Origin: Lentisphaeraceae bacterium
GTDB taxonomy: Bacteria > Verrucomicrobiota > Kiritimatiellia > RFP12 > DVOR01
Length of the DNA stretch: 64,000 nt
Direction of reading: 5' to 3'
Assembly: GCA_004555175.1 (NCBI GenBank)
Contig: SFJE01000003.1
Location: forward strand, 1,914-65,913
Part shown: positions 1 to 9,194 of the stretch, piece after piece
Layout of the letters: the number at the start of each line of letters is the position of its first letter
How positions within the stretch are numbered: position 1 is the stretch's first letter
Position numbers and translations under genes: made by a program
Notes under the pieces: generated by a model
What the model was told of the DNA's origin: nothing
Seen by the model: only the letters and a program-made list of their open reading frames with translations
The model's database searches: none

Positions 1-654
<654 letters not shown>

Positions 655-660
655 CGCGCT

Positions 661-805
661 CGCCCCGCGATAGGCGATAGGCGATAGACGGGAACGCTGG
701 CGCGTGAAGTCTGCTCACGTTAGAACCGTCAGGCTTCACGGCTTCTGCCGCCAATAGACCTGTCGCGGTATCGCGCTTCACGCCTATCGCCTATCGCCTA
801 TCGAA
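661..805. repeat. Composite inverted-repeat element: GCGATAG x3 (667-687) and CTATCGC x3 (783-803) arms, an inner CGTGAAG.CTG inverted pair, and a core variant TGTCGCGGTATCGCG at 761-775
   Basis: Direct reading: the arms are reverse complements and the heptamer arrays are tandem. Confidence 0.7.
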
Positions 806-1458
806 TGGCTCCTCCAATGTCCTCCACTTCCACAGTCCCGCTGCGCTCTCGCCTCCTCTCCCTCGCCCTCACCTTCGGCAAGTTCGGGGGGATTACCTTT
901 GGCGGAGGCTACGCGATCATTGCGTTGCTCGAGGAGGAGCTCGTCCGGCGGCGGGGGTGGTTGAGCAGCGAGGAGCTGCTAGACATCATCACCGTGGGCG
1001 AGAGCACGCCCGGGGCCATCGCCGTCAACACCGCCACCTTCGTGGGCTACCGCCTGGCGGGGGTGTTGGGGGGCGTGGTGGCCACCTTTGCGCTAGTCTT
1101 TCCGGCGTGGGTGGTGATTGTGCTCCTCTCGGGGTGCTACCTGGTGCTGCGGGAGAATGTGTGGGTGGCCTCGGCGCTGGCGGGGATCCGCGTGGCGGCG
1201 GTGGTGCTCATCGTCCGCGCCTTCTTCCGAATGGCCAAGGGCGTCAAACGCACGCGCCTGAACTTCATCTGTATGGCGCTGGCCTTCGGGTTGGTGGCCT
1301 TTGCGGGGATGAACGCGGTCTGGGCCGTTATCGGCAGCCTCTGCTTCGGCGTAGCGTGGTATGGCCTGCGCCCCCGCTGGGTTAGTCAACAGTCGACAGT
1401 CGACAGTGAACAGGGCGCAGCAAGCTGCGACGGGCAGACGAGTGGGCAGAAACAATGA
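805..1458 (+). CDS. chrA: Chromate transporter ChrA, short-chain CHR family (first half-size paralog)
   Basis: The translation has the CHR family signature (FGGGYAIIALLEEELV.RRGWLS..E..D....GESTPG) and multiple TM helices. Third-position GC bias supports the frame. The C-terminal ~25 aa (QQSTVDSEQ...) are encoded by tandem heptamer repeats, so the true stop is uncertain. Confidence 0.75.
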   Translation: MAPPMSSTSTVPLRSRLLSLALTFGKFGGITFGGGYAIIALLEEELVRRRGWLSSEELLDIITVGESTPGAIAVNTATFVGYRLAGVLGGVVATFALVFPAWVVIVLLSGCYLVLRENVWVASALAGIRVAAVVLIVRAFFRMAKGVKRTRLNFICMALAFGLVAFAGMNAVWAVIGSLCFGVAWYGLRPRWVSQQSTVDSEQGAASCDGQTSGQKQ

Positions 1459-1535
1459 AGCAACACGGTTCTAACGCCTGCTCCTCCGTCGCGGAACGCG
1501 CCTGTCGACTGCCCACTGTCAACTGTCAACTTCTC
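1381..1535. repeat. Composite repeat: CAGTCGACAGTCGACAGTG (1391-1409), core CCGTCGCGGAACGCG (1486-1500), inverted heptamers CTGTCGAC/CTGTCAAC (1502-1530)
   Basis: Direct reading. The heptamer arrays are in inverted orientation around a spacer. The element overlaps the chrA1 3' end and the chrA1-chrA2 intergenic region. Confidence 0.7.
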
Positions 1536-1552
1536 ACCCCCGGAGCCCGCCT

Positions 1553-2122
1553 ATGATCTACTTGCTGCTTCTGTGGACCTTTATCAAGGTGGGGCTCTTC
1601 ACCATCGGTGGCGGCTACGCGATGATCCCGCTCATCCAGCAGGAGGTCATCGAGCGCCACAACTGGATGACGGCCGACCAGTTTACCGAGTTTGTCGGCA
1701 TTGCCGAGAGCACCCCCGGTCCCTTTGCCATCAACATCGCCACCTTCACCGGCGTGCATGTGGCCCAGGATGCCGGCGGCAGCGGCCTGCTCGGTAGCCT
1801 CTGCACCACCGGCGGCGTCGTCCTCCCCTCGCTCGTCATCATCCTCCTCATTGCCGGGCTCTTCCACTACGCCATGCGCCACTGGGTGGCCCGCGCCGCG
1901 CTCCAAGGCGCCAAGCCCGTCGTCGTTGGCCTCATCGGCGCGGCCGGCTACACCCTCCTGCGCCACACCCTCTGCGAAGGCGGCTTCAAACTCCTTTCCA
2001 CCGGACTCGCCCTCGGCCTCTTGGGGCTCTCCTTCCTCACCAAGCTCGGCGCGGTCTGGCTCATCCTCCTCGGGGCCGCCCTCGGGGTGCTCTGCTTTGG
2101 CGTATTCGGGTTGCAGCCGTGA
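1553..2122 (+). CDS. chrA: Chromate transporter ChrA, short-chain CHR family (second half-size paralog)
   Basis: The translation (FTIGGGYAMIPLIQQEVIERHNWMTADQF..GIAESTPGPFAIN) is the CHR domain. Adjacency to the first chrA suggests a heterodimeric short-chain pair. Confidence 0.8.
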   Translation: MIYLLLLWTFIKVGLFTIGGGYAMIPLIQQEVIERHNWMTADQFTEFVGIAESTPGPFAINIATFTGVHVAQDAGGSGLLGSLCTTGGVVLPSLVIILLIAGLFHYAMRHWVARAALQGAKPVVVGLIGAAGYTLLRHTLCEGGFKLLSTGLALGLLGLSFLTKLGAVWLILLGAALGVLCFGVFGLQP

Positions 2123-2883
2123 CCCGAGCGCGCCGCCGTCTGCTCCGTTGGCGATGCCGCGTGCAGCGTCTGCTTGAGGCGGTGCTCGACCTGCTCTTTC
2201 CGCGCGATTGCGCCCTCTGTCAGGGCTATGTCCCCACCGGACACCTCTGCCCGGCCTGCCGCAAGCGCTTGCGCGAGGCGCCCCTCCATACGCGTTGCCC
2301 GCGCTGTGGCGAAGAGTTCCCCGGCCTCGATGCGCCCGCCACGCCCTGCGCGGCCTGCCGTGAGCACCCGCCCGCCTTCCGCCGCGCCCTCATCGCCCTG
2401 CGCTACGACGACAACGCCCGCGCCCTCATCCACGCCTTCAAGTATCACCGCGGCATCCACCTGACGGCCGACTTCGTCCGCATCCTGCGCGCCAAGCTCC
2501 GCCGCGAGCTGCCGGGGGTGACCTTCTCCGCCGTTGTCCCCGTCCCCATCACCCGTGCCAAACTGCGCACCCGCGGCTACAATCAGGCAGAACTGCTGGC
2601 GCGCGCCCTTGCCCGCCGCCTCGGCCTCCCCTGCCTCCACCGCCTGCTCATCCGCCACGAGACGGGAGTCTTCTCCCAGACCCGGCTCCACCGCGCCGAG
2701 CGCCTCGCCAACGCCCGCGAAGCCTACGCCCTCGCCCCTCGCGCCCCAAGCCTCGCCGGGCAGCGCCTCCTCCTCGTCGACGACGTGATGACCACCGGCG
2801 CCACCGCCCAAGCCTGCGCGGAGGCCCTCGCCTCCGCCGGCGCCGAAGTCTACCTCCTCGCCCTCGCCCGGCCATTGAGATAA
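2119..2883 (+). CDS. comF: ComF family protein (phosphoribosyltransferase-like competence protein ComFC)
   Basis: N-terminal CxxC...CxxC zinc motifs and a C-terminal PRTase motif (LLLVDDVMTTGAT). The start codon is uncertain; GTG 2119 and GTG 2161 are both possible. Confidence 0.7.
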   Translation: MTRARRRLLRWRCRVQRLLEAVLDLLFPRDCALCQGYVPTGHLCPACRKRLREAPLHTRCPRCGEEFPGLDAPATPCAACREHPPAFRRALIALRYDDNARALIHAFKYHRGIHLTADFVRILRAKLRRELPGVTFSAVVPVPITRAKLRTRGYNQAELLARALARRLGLPCLHRLLIRHETGVFSQTRLHRAERLANAREAYALAPRAPSLAGQRLLLVDDVMTTGATAQACAEALASAGAEVYLLALARPLR

Positions 2884-2928
2884 CCCCAAGCGCCCCCTCC
2901 CCTCTCTCCTCCGTCCGCTGTTTAAGTG

Positions 2929-2962
2929 CTTGCACCGCGCGTGGGGGTGTGCTATGCTACAA
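2929..2962 (+). promoter_or_regulatory. Sigma70-like promoter upstream of pilB: -35 CTTGCA, 18-bp spacer ending TGTGC, -10 TATGCT
   Basis: A near-identical motif (AGTGCTTGC..GGGGGT..GTGTGCTAYRCT) recurs at 62924-62957 upstream of the tRNA cluster. Confidence 0.5.
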
Positions 2963-3015
2963 GCACGATAGATAGAAGGACGCTTCCGCCAGGAGACTGG
3001 CTTGGACCCTTTGGA

Positions 3016-4716
3016 GACGAACGCGTGACAACGAATGACGAGTATGCGCTGCAAGTTTTGCAGGAGACCGGGCGGTTGACGACCGAGCAGGTTGCTTCGG
3101 CCCTGTCGGCCAAGCGCAAGGATGGGCAGACGCCGTTGGATTGGTTGGTGGCCGAGGGGGCCGTCACGGAAGAGGATGTGCTAGGGACGCTGGCCGAGCA
3201 GTTTGGTCTGCCCTTCGCCTCGGTGGATGGGGACGATGTGGATCCCGAGACGGCGAAGTTGCTCGATGCCGAGACGGCGCGTAAGTATAACGCCGTGCCG
3301 TTGCAGGACGACGGCGACTCGGTGATGATTGCGATTTGCGACCCGGCGAACTATGACGCGCAGGACGCCATTCGCTATCGTCTCAACGGGCGCAATGCGG
3401 ACTTTGTGGTGGTCACCTCCGGGGATGTCCACCGGCTGATGGAGAAGCTCTATCCGCTGACCTTCGATCCGAATGCCAAGGATACCGGCGAGGACCTGGT
3501 CTCGCAGCGCAAGGAGATGGAGGTTGAGGGTGGCGACGAGGAGGGCGACGCGCCGGTTATCCGCCTGGTGAGCTTGATTTTGATGGATGCCTGCAAGATG
3601 AAGGCCTCCGATATTCACCTTGAGCCGATGGAGAAGCGCTTCCGCGTGCGCTACCGCATCGACGGCGCGCTGCGGGAGATGGATGAGCCGCCCAAACGCC
3701 TGCAGGGGGCCATTCTCTCGCGCGTGAAGTTGATGGCGAATATGGACCTCTCCGAGCGGCGCATCCCGCAGGATGGCCGCATTCAGATCAAGATGGGCGA
3801 GCGCGAGCTGGACCTGCGTGTGAGCACGGTGCCGACGAACTTCGGCGAGTCCATCGTGATGCGTATTTTGGATAAGCAGAACCTGGCGCTGGGTCTGCCG
3901 CAGCTGGGCTTCCTCTCCGATGACCAGGCGAAGTTTGAGCGCTTGATTGGCCTGCCCGATGGCGTGATCCTGGTCACCGGCCCGACGGGCTCGGGTAAGA
4001 CGACGACGCTCTACGCCTGCTTGGGCCAGATTAACCGCCCGGATAAGAAGCTCATCACCGTGGAAGATCCGGTGGAATACCAGATGAGCGGCATCAACCA
4101 GGTGCAGGTGAACCGCGCCGTGGGGCTCGACTTCTCCGCCGCCCTGCGCTCCATCCTCCGCCAGGCGCCGAATATCGTGATGATCGGTGAAATCCGTGAC
4201 CACGAGACCGCCGAAATCGCGATGGAAGCGGCCTTGACCGGTCACTTGGTCTTCTCCACCCTGCACACCAACGACGCGCCCAGCGCCGTGACGCGTTTGA
4301 CGGATATTGGCATCAAGCCCTTCTTGGTGGCTTCGGCCCTGCGCGCGGCCATGGCCCAGCGCCTCTGCCGCGCGATCTGCGAGAAGTGCAAGACCGAGCA
4401 TATCCCCACCGACCGCGAGCGCAAGATGCTCGGCACCCTCGCCAAGAATGCCGACGCGATGAAGATGTTCAAGGGCGCCGGGTGCGCGGTCTGCAACAAG
4501 ACCGGTTACAAGGGCCGTAAGGGTCTCTTTGAGATCTTCACGGTCGATGACACGGTCCAGCGAATGATTTTCGATAAGGTGCCCACCACGCAGCTGCGTG
4601 CCCGCGTCCGCGAAATGGGTATGCGCACGTTGCGCGAAGACGGAATGCTTAAGGTCGCCGCCGGCATGACCACCCTCGAGGAGGTCCTCCGCGCCACGAT
4701 GGGAGACGAAGACTGA
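3016..4716 (+). CDS. pilB: Type IV pilus assembly / type II secretion ATPase (PilB/GspE family)
   Basis: N-terminal GSPII_E_N-like domain, Walker A VTGPTGSGKTTT, and a C-terminal tetracysteine motif (CRAICEKC...CAVCNKTGYKGR). The ORF opens at 2926. GTG 3016 with an upstream GGAGA is the preferred start. Confidence 0.8.
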   Translation, partial: DERVTTNDEYALQVLQETGRLTTEQVASALSAKRKDGQTPLDWLVAEGAVTEEDVLGTLAEQFGLPFASVDGDDVDPETAKLLDAETARKYNAVPLQDDGDSVMIAICDPANYDAQDAIRYRLNGRNADFVVVTSGDVHRLMEKLYPLTFDPNAKDTGEDLVSQRKEMEVEGGDEEGDAPVIRLVSLILMDACKMKASDIHLEPMEKRFRVRYRIDGALREMDEPPKRLQGAILSRVKLMANMDLSERRIPQDGRIQIKMGERELDLRVSTVPTNFGESIVMRILDKQNLALGLPQLGFLSDDQAKFERLIGLPDGVILVTGPTGSGKTTTLYACLGQINRPDKKLITVEDPVEYQMSGINQVQVNRAVGLDFSAALRSILRQAPNIVMIGEIRDHETAEIAMEAALTGHLVFSTLHTNDAPSAVTRLTDIGIKPFLVASALRAAMAQRLCRAICEKCKTEHIPTDRERKMLGTLAKNADAMKMFKGAGCAVCNKTGYKGRKGLFEIFTVDDTVQRMIFDKVPTTQLRARVREMGMRTLREDGMLKVAAGMTTLEEVLRATMGDED

Positions 4717-5834
4717 TGAAAACCAACATCCACGAATTGGCCGCAACCGCCACCACCGAAATCACGATGGCCGACTTGATGCAGGCGGCGATCGACGAAG
4801 GCTCCTCCGACTTGCACATCCGCGTGGGCCGGCCCCCGATCCTGCGCTGCTCGGGCGCCCTCGAGCCGCTCGATTGCCCCGACCTGACACCCGGCGACAC
4901 CGCCAAGCTCGTCCTCGAGATCGCCACCGAAGAGCAGATTGACGAAGTGGAGCGTAACGGCGGTGCGGACTTTGGTCTGGCCTTCTCCGAGGCCGCCCGC
5001 TTCCGTGTCTCGGTCTTCAAGGAGCGCCACAACTACGCGCTCGTGCTCCGCCAGATTCCCTCGGCTATCCTGACGCTTGAGCAGCTGGGCCTGCCCGAGG
5101 CGGTCTATGAGCTGCTCACCAAGCCTCGCGGCCTCATCCTCGTGACCGGCCCGACAGGTTCGGGTAAGTCGACCACCCTCGCTTCGATGATTAACATTAT
5201 CAACAGCGAGTTCGACCGCCACATCATCACCATCGAAGACCCCATCGAGTTCTACCACTACTCTAAGAAGTCCTTGGTCACCCAGCGCGAAGTCGGCGCC
5301 GATGTGCCCAGCTTCGCCGAGGCTATCCGTCGCGCCCTGCGCCAGGACCCGGATGTGATTCTCGTGGGCGAAATGCGCGACCTCGAGACCATCTCCGCGG
5401 CCATCTCCGCCGCTGAAACCGGTCACCTCGTCTTCGGCACCCTGCACACCACCGGCGCGGCCGCGACCGTCGATCGTATCATCGACTCCTTCCCGACCAA
5501 CCAGCAGGAGCAGGTCCGCACCCAGCTCTCGATGAGCCTGGTGGCCGTCATCTCCCAGGTGCTGCTCCCGCGCGCGGATAAGGGCGGCAAGGGCCGTTGT
5601 GCCGCCTTCGAGATTATGATGAGCACCCCCTCCATCCGCTCGCGCATCCGCGATAACAAGACCTTCCAGATCAACTCCGACATCCAGACCGGCGCCAAGT
5701 TCGGCATGGTCTCGCTCGATACCTCGCTCCTGAACCTCTACGTTGCCGGCAAGATCTCCTACGAAGACCTCGTCACCAAGGCGCAGGACCCCGAGACCAC
5801 CGTCCAGAAACTGCGCGAAATGACCGGAGAATAA
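4716..5834 (+). CDS. pilT: Twitching motility ATPase PilT
   Basis: 372 aa. Walker A LVTGPTGSGKSTT, PilT-type sequence, no zinc motif. The ATG overlaps the pilB stop (ATGA). Confidence 0.85.
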   Translation: MKTNIHELAATATTEITMADLMQAAIDEGSSDLHIRVGRPPILRCSGALEPLDCPDLTPGDTAKLVLEIATEEQIDEVERNGGADFGLAFSEAARFRVSVFKERHNYALVLRQIPSAILTLEQLGLPEAVYELLTKPRGLILVTGPTGSGKSTTLASMINIINSEFDRHIITIEDPIEFYHYSKKSLVTQREVGADVPSFAEAIRRALRQDPDVILVGEMRDLETISAAISAAETGHLVFGTLHTTGAAATVDRIIDSFPTNQQEQVRTQLSMSLVAVISQVLLPRADKGGKGRCAAFEIMMSTPSIRSRIRDNKTFQINSDIQTGAKFGMVSLDTSLLNLYVAGKISYEDLVTKAQDPETTVQKLREMTGE

Positions 5835-5835
5835 G

Positions 5836-7521
5836 ATGGCTTCCTCCCTCGCCCTTCCCCCGCTTGTCGAACTCGTCCGCGACAACGGCTTTATTGACGA
5901 CGCCCAGGCCGAAGAGCTCGTCCGCGCGCACCTCCAGGATGGCAAGCCCTACAAGGAGCTCATCCTGGCGCTCGACGTGCTCTCCGAAGAGGACCTCCTC
6001 TCCCTGATGGCCGGTAGCCAAGGGACCGACGTCATCGACCTCTCCACTGTCGCCTTCGACGACACGCTCAAAAATCTCATCCCGGTGGCCAGCATTCGCC
6101 TGCACACCATCGTCCCCGTTGAGGTTGAGCGCGACCACGCCACCTTCGCCACCGCCGACCTCATCGAGGCCGATGTCATCGACGAGCTCACCTTCCTCCT
6201 CTCGCGCGAAATCCGCTTCGTCTTCGCCCCCGAGGAGGCTATCAAGAAGGCGATTGACGACAACTTCTCCGCCGGCGAAGCCTCCGACGCGCTTATTGAG
6301 GACCTCTCGGACTTCGATGGCGTTGATGGTGCCACCGACGAGAAGGGCATCGAGAGCGCTGCCGCCTCGGCTCCAGTCATCCGCTTCGTCAACCTCGTCC
6401 TCTATCAGGCCATTACCGACCGCGCCTCCGATATTCACATCGAGCCCTTCGAGAAGGACTTTAAGATTCGCTACCGCGTCGACGGCGCGCTCTACGAAAT
6501 GAATCCGCCGCCGCTCTCGATGGCCCTGCCGATTATCTCGCGCATCAAGGTGCTCTCGGGGTTGAACATCGCCGAGCGCCGCGTGCCACAGGATGGCCGT
6601 ATTGCCCTCACCGTCGCCGGGCGCCAGGTCGACCTCCGTGTCTCCTGCCTGCCCACCGTCCACGGCGAATCTGTCGTGCTCCGCGTCCTCGACCGCTCGG
6701 CCGTCTCCCTCGATCTGGAGAATATCGGCCTGCCCGAGGACATCTACGACGGCATCACGATGGACATCGAGAAGCCCAACGGCATCTTCATCGTCACCGG
6801 CCCGACCGGCTCCGGTAAGACCACCACCCTCTACTCTTGCCTGCGCGCCATCAATAAGCCCGACACCAAGATCCTCACCGCCGAAGAGCCGGTGGAATAC
6901 GACATCGAGGGCCTGGTGCAGGTGCCCATCAATCCGCAGCAGGGCAACACCTTCGCCAAGGTGCTCCGCGCCTTCCTCCGTCAGGACCCCGATGTCATTA
7001 TGGTCGGCGAAATCCGCGACTTGGAGACCGCCGAAATCGCCGTCCAGGCCGCCCTCACCGGTCACTTCGTCTTCTCCACTCTGCACACCAACGACGCCGC
7101 CGGCGCCGTCACCCGCTTGGTGGATATGAATGTGGCCCCCTACCTCATCTCCTCCACCCTCCAGGCCGTCCTCGCCCAGCGCCTCGTCCGCACCTGCTGC
7201 GCCAACTGCAAGACCTTCTACGACCCCGATGACGAGGCCATCCACCGCCTCGGCCTCGTCCGCTCGGACATCGGCAACCGCCAGTTCGCCTACGGTAAGG
7301 GCTGCAAGATCTGCAACGCCACCGGCTACAAGGGTCGTAAGGGCGTCTTCGAGTTCCTGCGGATGAGCAACCCCATCCGCGAGATGATCAACGCCCGCGA
7401 GCCCACCCTCGTCATCCGCGAGAAGGCCCGCGAACTCGGTATGCGCACGATGCGCGAAGATGCCATCCGCAACGTCCTCGACGGCTACACCACCGTCGAC
7501 GAAGTCCTCCGCTACACCTAA
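5836..7521 (+). CDS. Second PilB/GspE-family secretion ATPase
   Basis: 561 aa. Walker A VTGPTGSGKTTTLY and a tetracysteine motif (CANCKTF...CKICNATGYKGRKG). It follows pilT directly. Confidence 0.8.
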   Translation: MASSLALPPLVELVRDNGFIDDAQAEELVRAHLQDGKPYKELILALDVLSEEDLLSLMAGSQGTDVIDLSTVAFDDTLKNLIPVASIRLHTIVPVEVERDHATFATADLIEADVIDELTFLLSREIRFVFAPEEAIKKAIDDNFSAGEASDALIEDLSDFDGVDGATDEKGIESAAASAPVIRFVNLVLYQAITDRASDIHIEPFEKDFKIRYRVDGALYEMNPPPLSMALPIISRIKVLSGLNIAERRVPQDGRIALTVAGRQVDLRVSCLPTVHGESVVLRVLDRSAVSLDLENIGLPEDIYDGITMDIEKPNGIFIVTGPTGSGKTTTLYSCLRAINKPDTKILTAEEPVEYDIEGLVQVPINPQQGNTFAKVLRAFLRQDPDVIMVGEIRDLETAEIAVQAALTGHFVFSTLHTNDAAGAVTRLVDMNVAPYLISSTLQAVLAQRLVRTCCANCKTFYDPDDEAIHRLGLVRSDIGNRQFAYGKGCKICNATGYKGRKGVFEFLRMSNPIREMINAREPTLVIREKARELGMRTMREDAIRNVLDGYTTVDEVLRYT

Positions 7522-7548
7522 GGCGCCCCGCAAGCCCTTTTCTTCACC

Positions 7549-7578
7549 GCAGGCCCTCCCAGGCCTGCGTGTTTTTTA
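7549..7578 (+). terminator. Rho-independent terminator after the pil ATPase operon
   Basis: GC hairpin GCAGGCCCTCCCAGGCCTGC followed by TTTTTT. Confidence 0.7.
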
Positions 7579-7685
7579 GGCGCCCCGGCGCTCAAAAACA
7601 CCACATCTGCCTCCTGCTCGTAATGCTCCATATCCCACACGATAACCTTTTGGAATACAAGTAGATTTCGTTCGAGCTCGAACTT

Positions 7686-7739
7686 ATCTCACGAAAATCC
7701 AAGGATGTTTTTGGCCTCATCTCACGAAAATCCAAGGAT
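7686..7739. repeat. 21-bp direct repeat ATCTCACGAAAATCCAAGGAT x2 (7686-7706, 7719-7739) in a lower-GC spacer
   Basis: Direct reading. Confidence 0.7.
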
Positions 7740-7800
7740 AAGCGTCCCGAAAACGCAGACAACGCTTCGCCCATTCTTGCCGAGGCCGTTGAAGCCGTTA

Positions 7801-7818
7801 CGCCTGAGACCGGGGTTA
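7801..7818. repeat. Left copy of the 18-bp direct repeat CGCCTGAGACCGGGGTTA (right copy at 9177-9194, overlapping the ileS stop)
   Basis: Identical 18-mers flank the AAA ATPase cassette. Confidence 0.75.
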
Positions 7819-7855
7819 GCGGCTTCGGAGGCTAAACCACTGTCGCCAGTCTTGC

Positions 7856-7918
7856 GAAGTTTACGGTGTACTGCAAACTTTCGCGGTTACGCGCAGAAGT
7901 TTGTGGTATACTGCAAAC
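7856..7918 (+). promoter_or_regulatory. Tandemly duplicated 23-bp promoter-like unit (GAAGTTTRYGGTRTACTGCAAAC x2) with extended -10 TGGTATACT upstream of the AAA ATPase gene
   Basis: Two near-identical units at 7856-7878 and 7896-7918. The second sits ~20 nt upstream of the RBS AAAGGAGGAG. Confidence 0.45.
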
Positions 7919-7937
7919 AAATTGAAAGGAGGAGCCT

Positions 7938-9131
7938 ATGGTTGAGCGTCCAGATGCGTTGCAACGGTTGCTTTCGTGGAAAGATAAGGACCTGATTAAG
8001 GTTGTCACCGGCATTCGGCGGTGCGGGAAATCGACCTTGTTCTCGTTGTTGCAGGGGCGGTTGCGGGAGATGGGGGTGGCGGATGATCAACTCCATGCTA
8101 TCAACTTTGAGGATCCTGACTGGGCGGAGTTGGACTCTTGGAAGCAGGTCTGGGACGCTCTTAAGCCGCAGATTGAGGATGGCCGTAGGCACTATGTCTT
8201 TCTGGACGAGGTTCAGCAGCTGCCGAACTTTGAGCGGCTCGTCAATGGGTTGTATACGCGCAAGCAAGTCGACCTCTACGTGACGGGCTCGAATGCCTTT
8301 CTGCTCTCGAGCGAGTTGGCGACCTATCTCTCTGGGCGCTATGTTGAACTGCACTTGACGCCGCTCTCGTTTAAGGAGTTTGCTTCCGTTGCGCCAGCGC
8401 AGGAGCCGAGGAGTCAGACTTATCGCCGTTATCTGGTGCAGAGCGGCTTCCCGTATGCGTTGCAACTGCGTGAACCCCAGCACCTTGATGACTACCTCCG
8501 TGGGCTGTTTAATACCATCTTGCTTAAGGATGTGGTGGCGCGTAATGGTTTCAAGGATGTGGCGCTGTTGGGGCGGGTGGTGCGTTTCCTCTTCGATAAC
8601 ATCGGCAACCTCACGACGATCAACAAGATTTGTACGGCCTTCGAGGAGGCGAAGTCGCGCCCCAATGCCCAGACCATTGAGAATTACATTCAGGCGCTGT
8701 GCGATGTCTACATCCTTCATCAGGTCCGCCGTTACGATATTAAGGGCAAGGCGTGGCTGAAGACGAACGCGAAGTATTACCTGGAAGATGTGGGACTTCG
8801 GCGCATCCTCCTAGGAACGCGCGGCGGTGACCTCGGGCGGTTGCTGGAGAATGTGGTTTACCTGGAGCTCTGCCGCCGCCATCGGGAGGTCTATGTGGGC
8901 ATTCTCGACCGCGAGGAGGTCGACTTCGTGGCCATCGATGGGGCGGAGTACACCTACTATCAGGTGGCCCTAACGGTCCGCGATGAGCAGACGCTACGTC
9001 GCGAACTCCGGCCGCTCCAGAAGCTCCCCGGCTCGTATCCTAAGTTCCTGCTTACGCTTGATGATGACCCGGAGCTCTCGCACGAGGGCATTCGCCAAGT
9101 GAATGCCCTCGACTTCCTCTTGCAAGCATAA
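7938..9131 (+). CDS. AAA+ ATPase (AAA_14 + DUF4143 family ATP-binding protein)
   Basis: Walker A GIRRCGKSTL, Walker B VFLDEVQ, and DUF4143-like C-terminal half. Strong RBS. The gene lies in a lower-GC segment. Confidence 0.75.
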   Translation: MVERPDALQRLLSWKDKDLIKVVTGIRRCGKSTLFSLLQGRLREMGVADDQLHAINFEDPDWAELDSWKQVWDALKPQIEDGRRHYVFLDEVQQLPNFERLVNGLYTRKQVDLYVTGSNAFLLSSELATYLSGRYVELHLTPLSFKEFASVAPAQEPRSQTYRRYLVQSGFPYALQLREPQHLDDYLRGLFNTILLKDVVARNGFKDVALLGRVVRFLFDNIGNLTTINKICTAFEEAKSRPNAQTIENYIQALCDVYILHQVRRYDIKGKAWLKTNAKYYLEDVGLRRILLGTRGGDLGRLLENVVYLELCRRHREVYVGILDREEVDFVAIDGAEYTYYQVALTVRDEQTLRRELRPLQKLPGSYPKFLLTLDDDPELSHEGIRQVNALDFLLQA

Positions 9132-9136
9132 CGAAC

Positions 9137-9172
9137 AAATCCGGCGCGGAGGATTATCCGCGCCGGATTTGT
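9137..9172. terminator. Bidirectional terminator hairpin (AAATCCGGCGCGGA..TCCGCGCCGGATTT) between the ATPase gene and ileS
   Basis: Perfect 14-bp stem flanked by A/T runs. Confidence 0.6.
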
Positions 9173-9176
9173 CTTC

Positions 9177-9194
9177 CGCCTGAGACCGGGGTTA
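9177..9194. repeat. Right copy of the 18-bp direct repeat CGCCTGAGACCGGGGTTA; its last three nt are the ileS stop codon (TAA on the minus strand)
   Basis: Direct reading. Confidence 0.75.
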
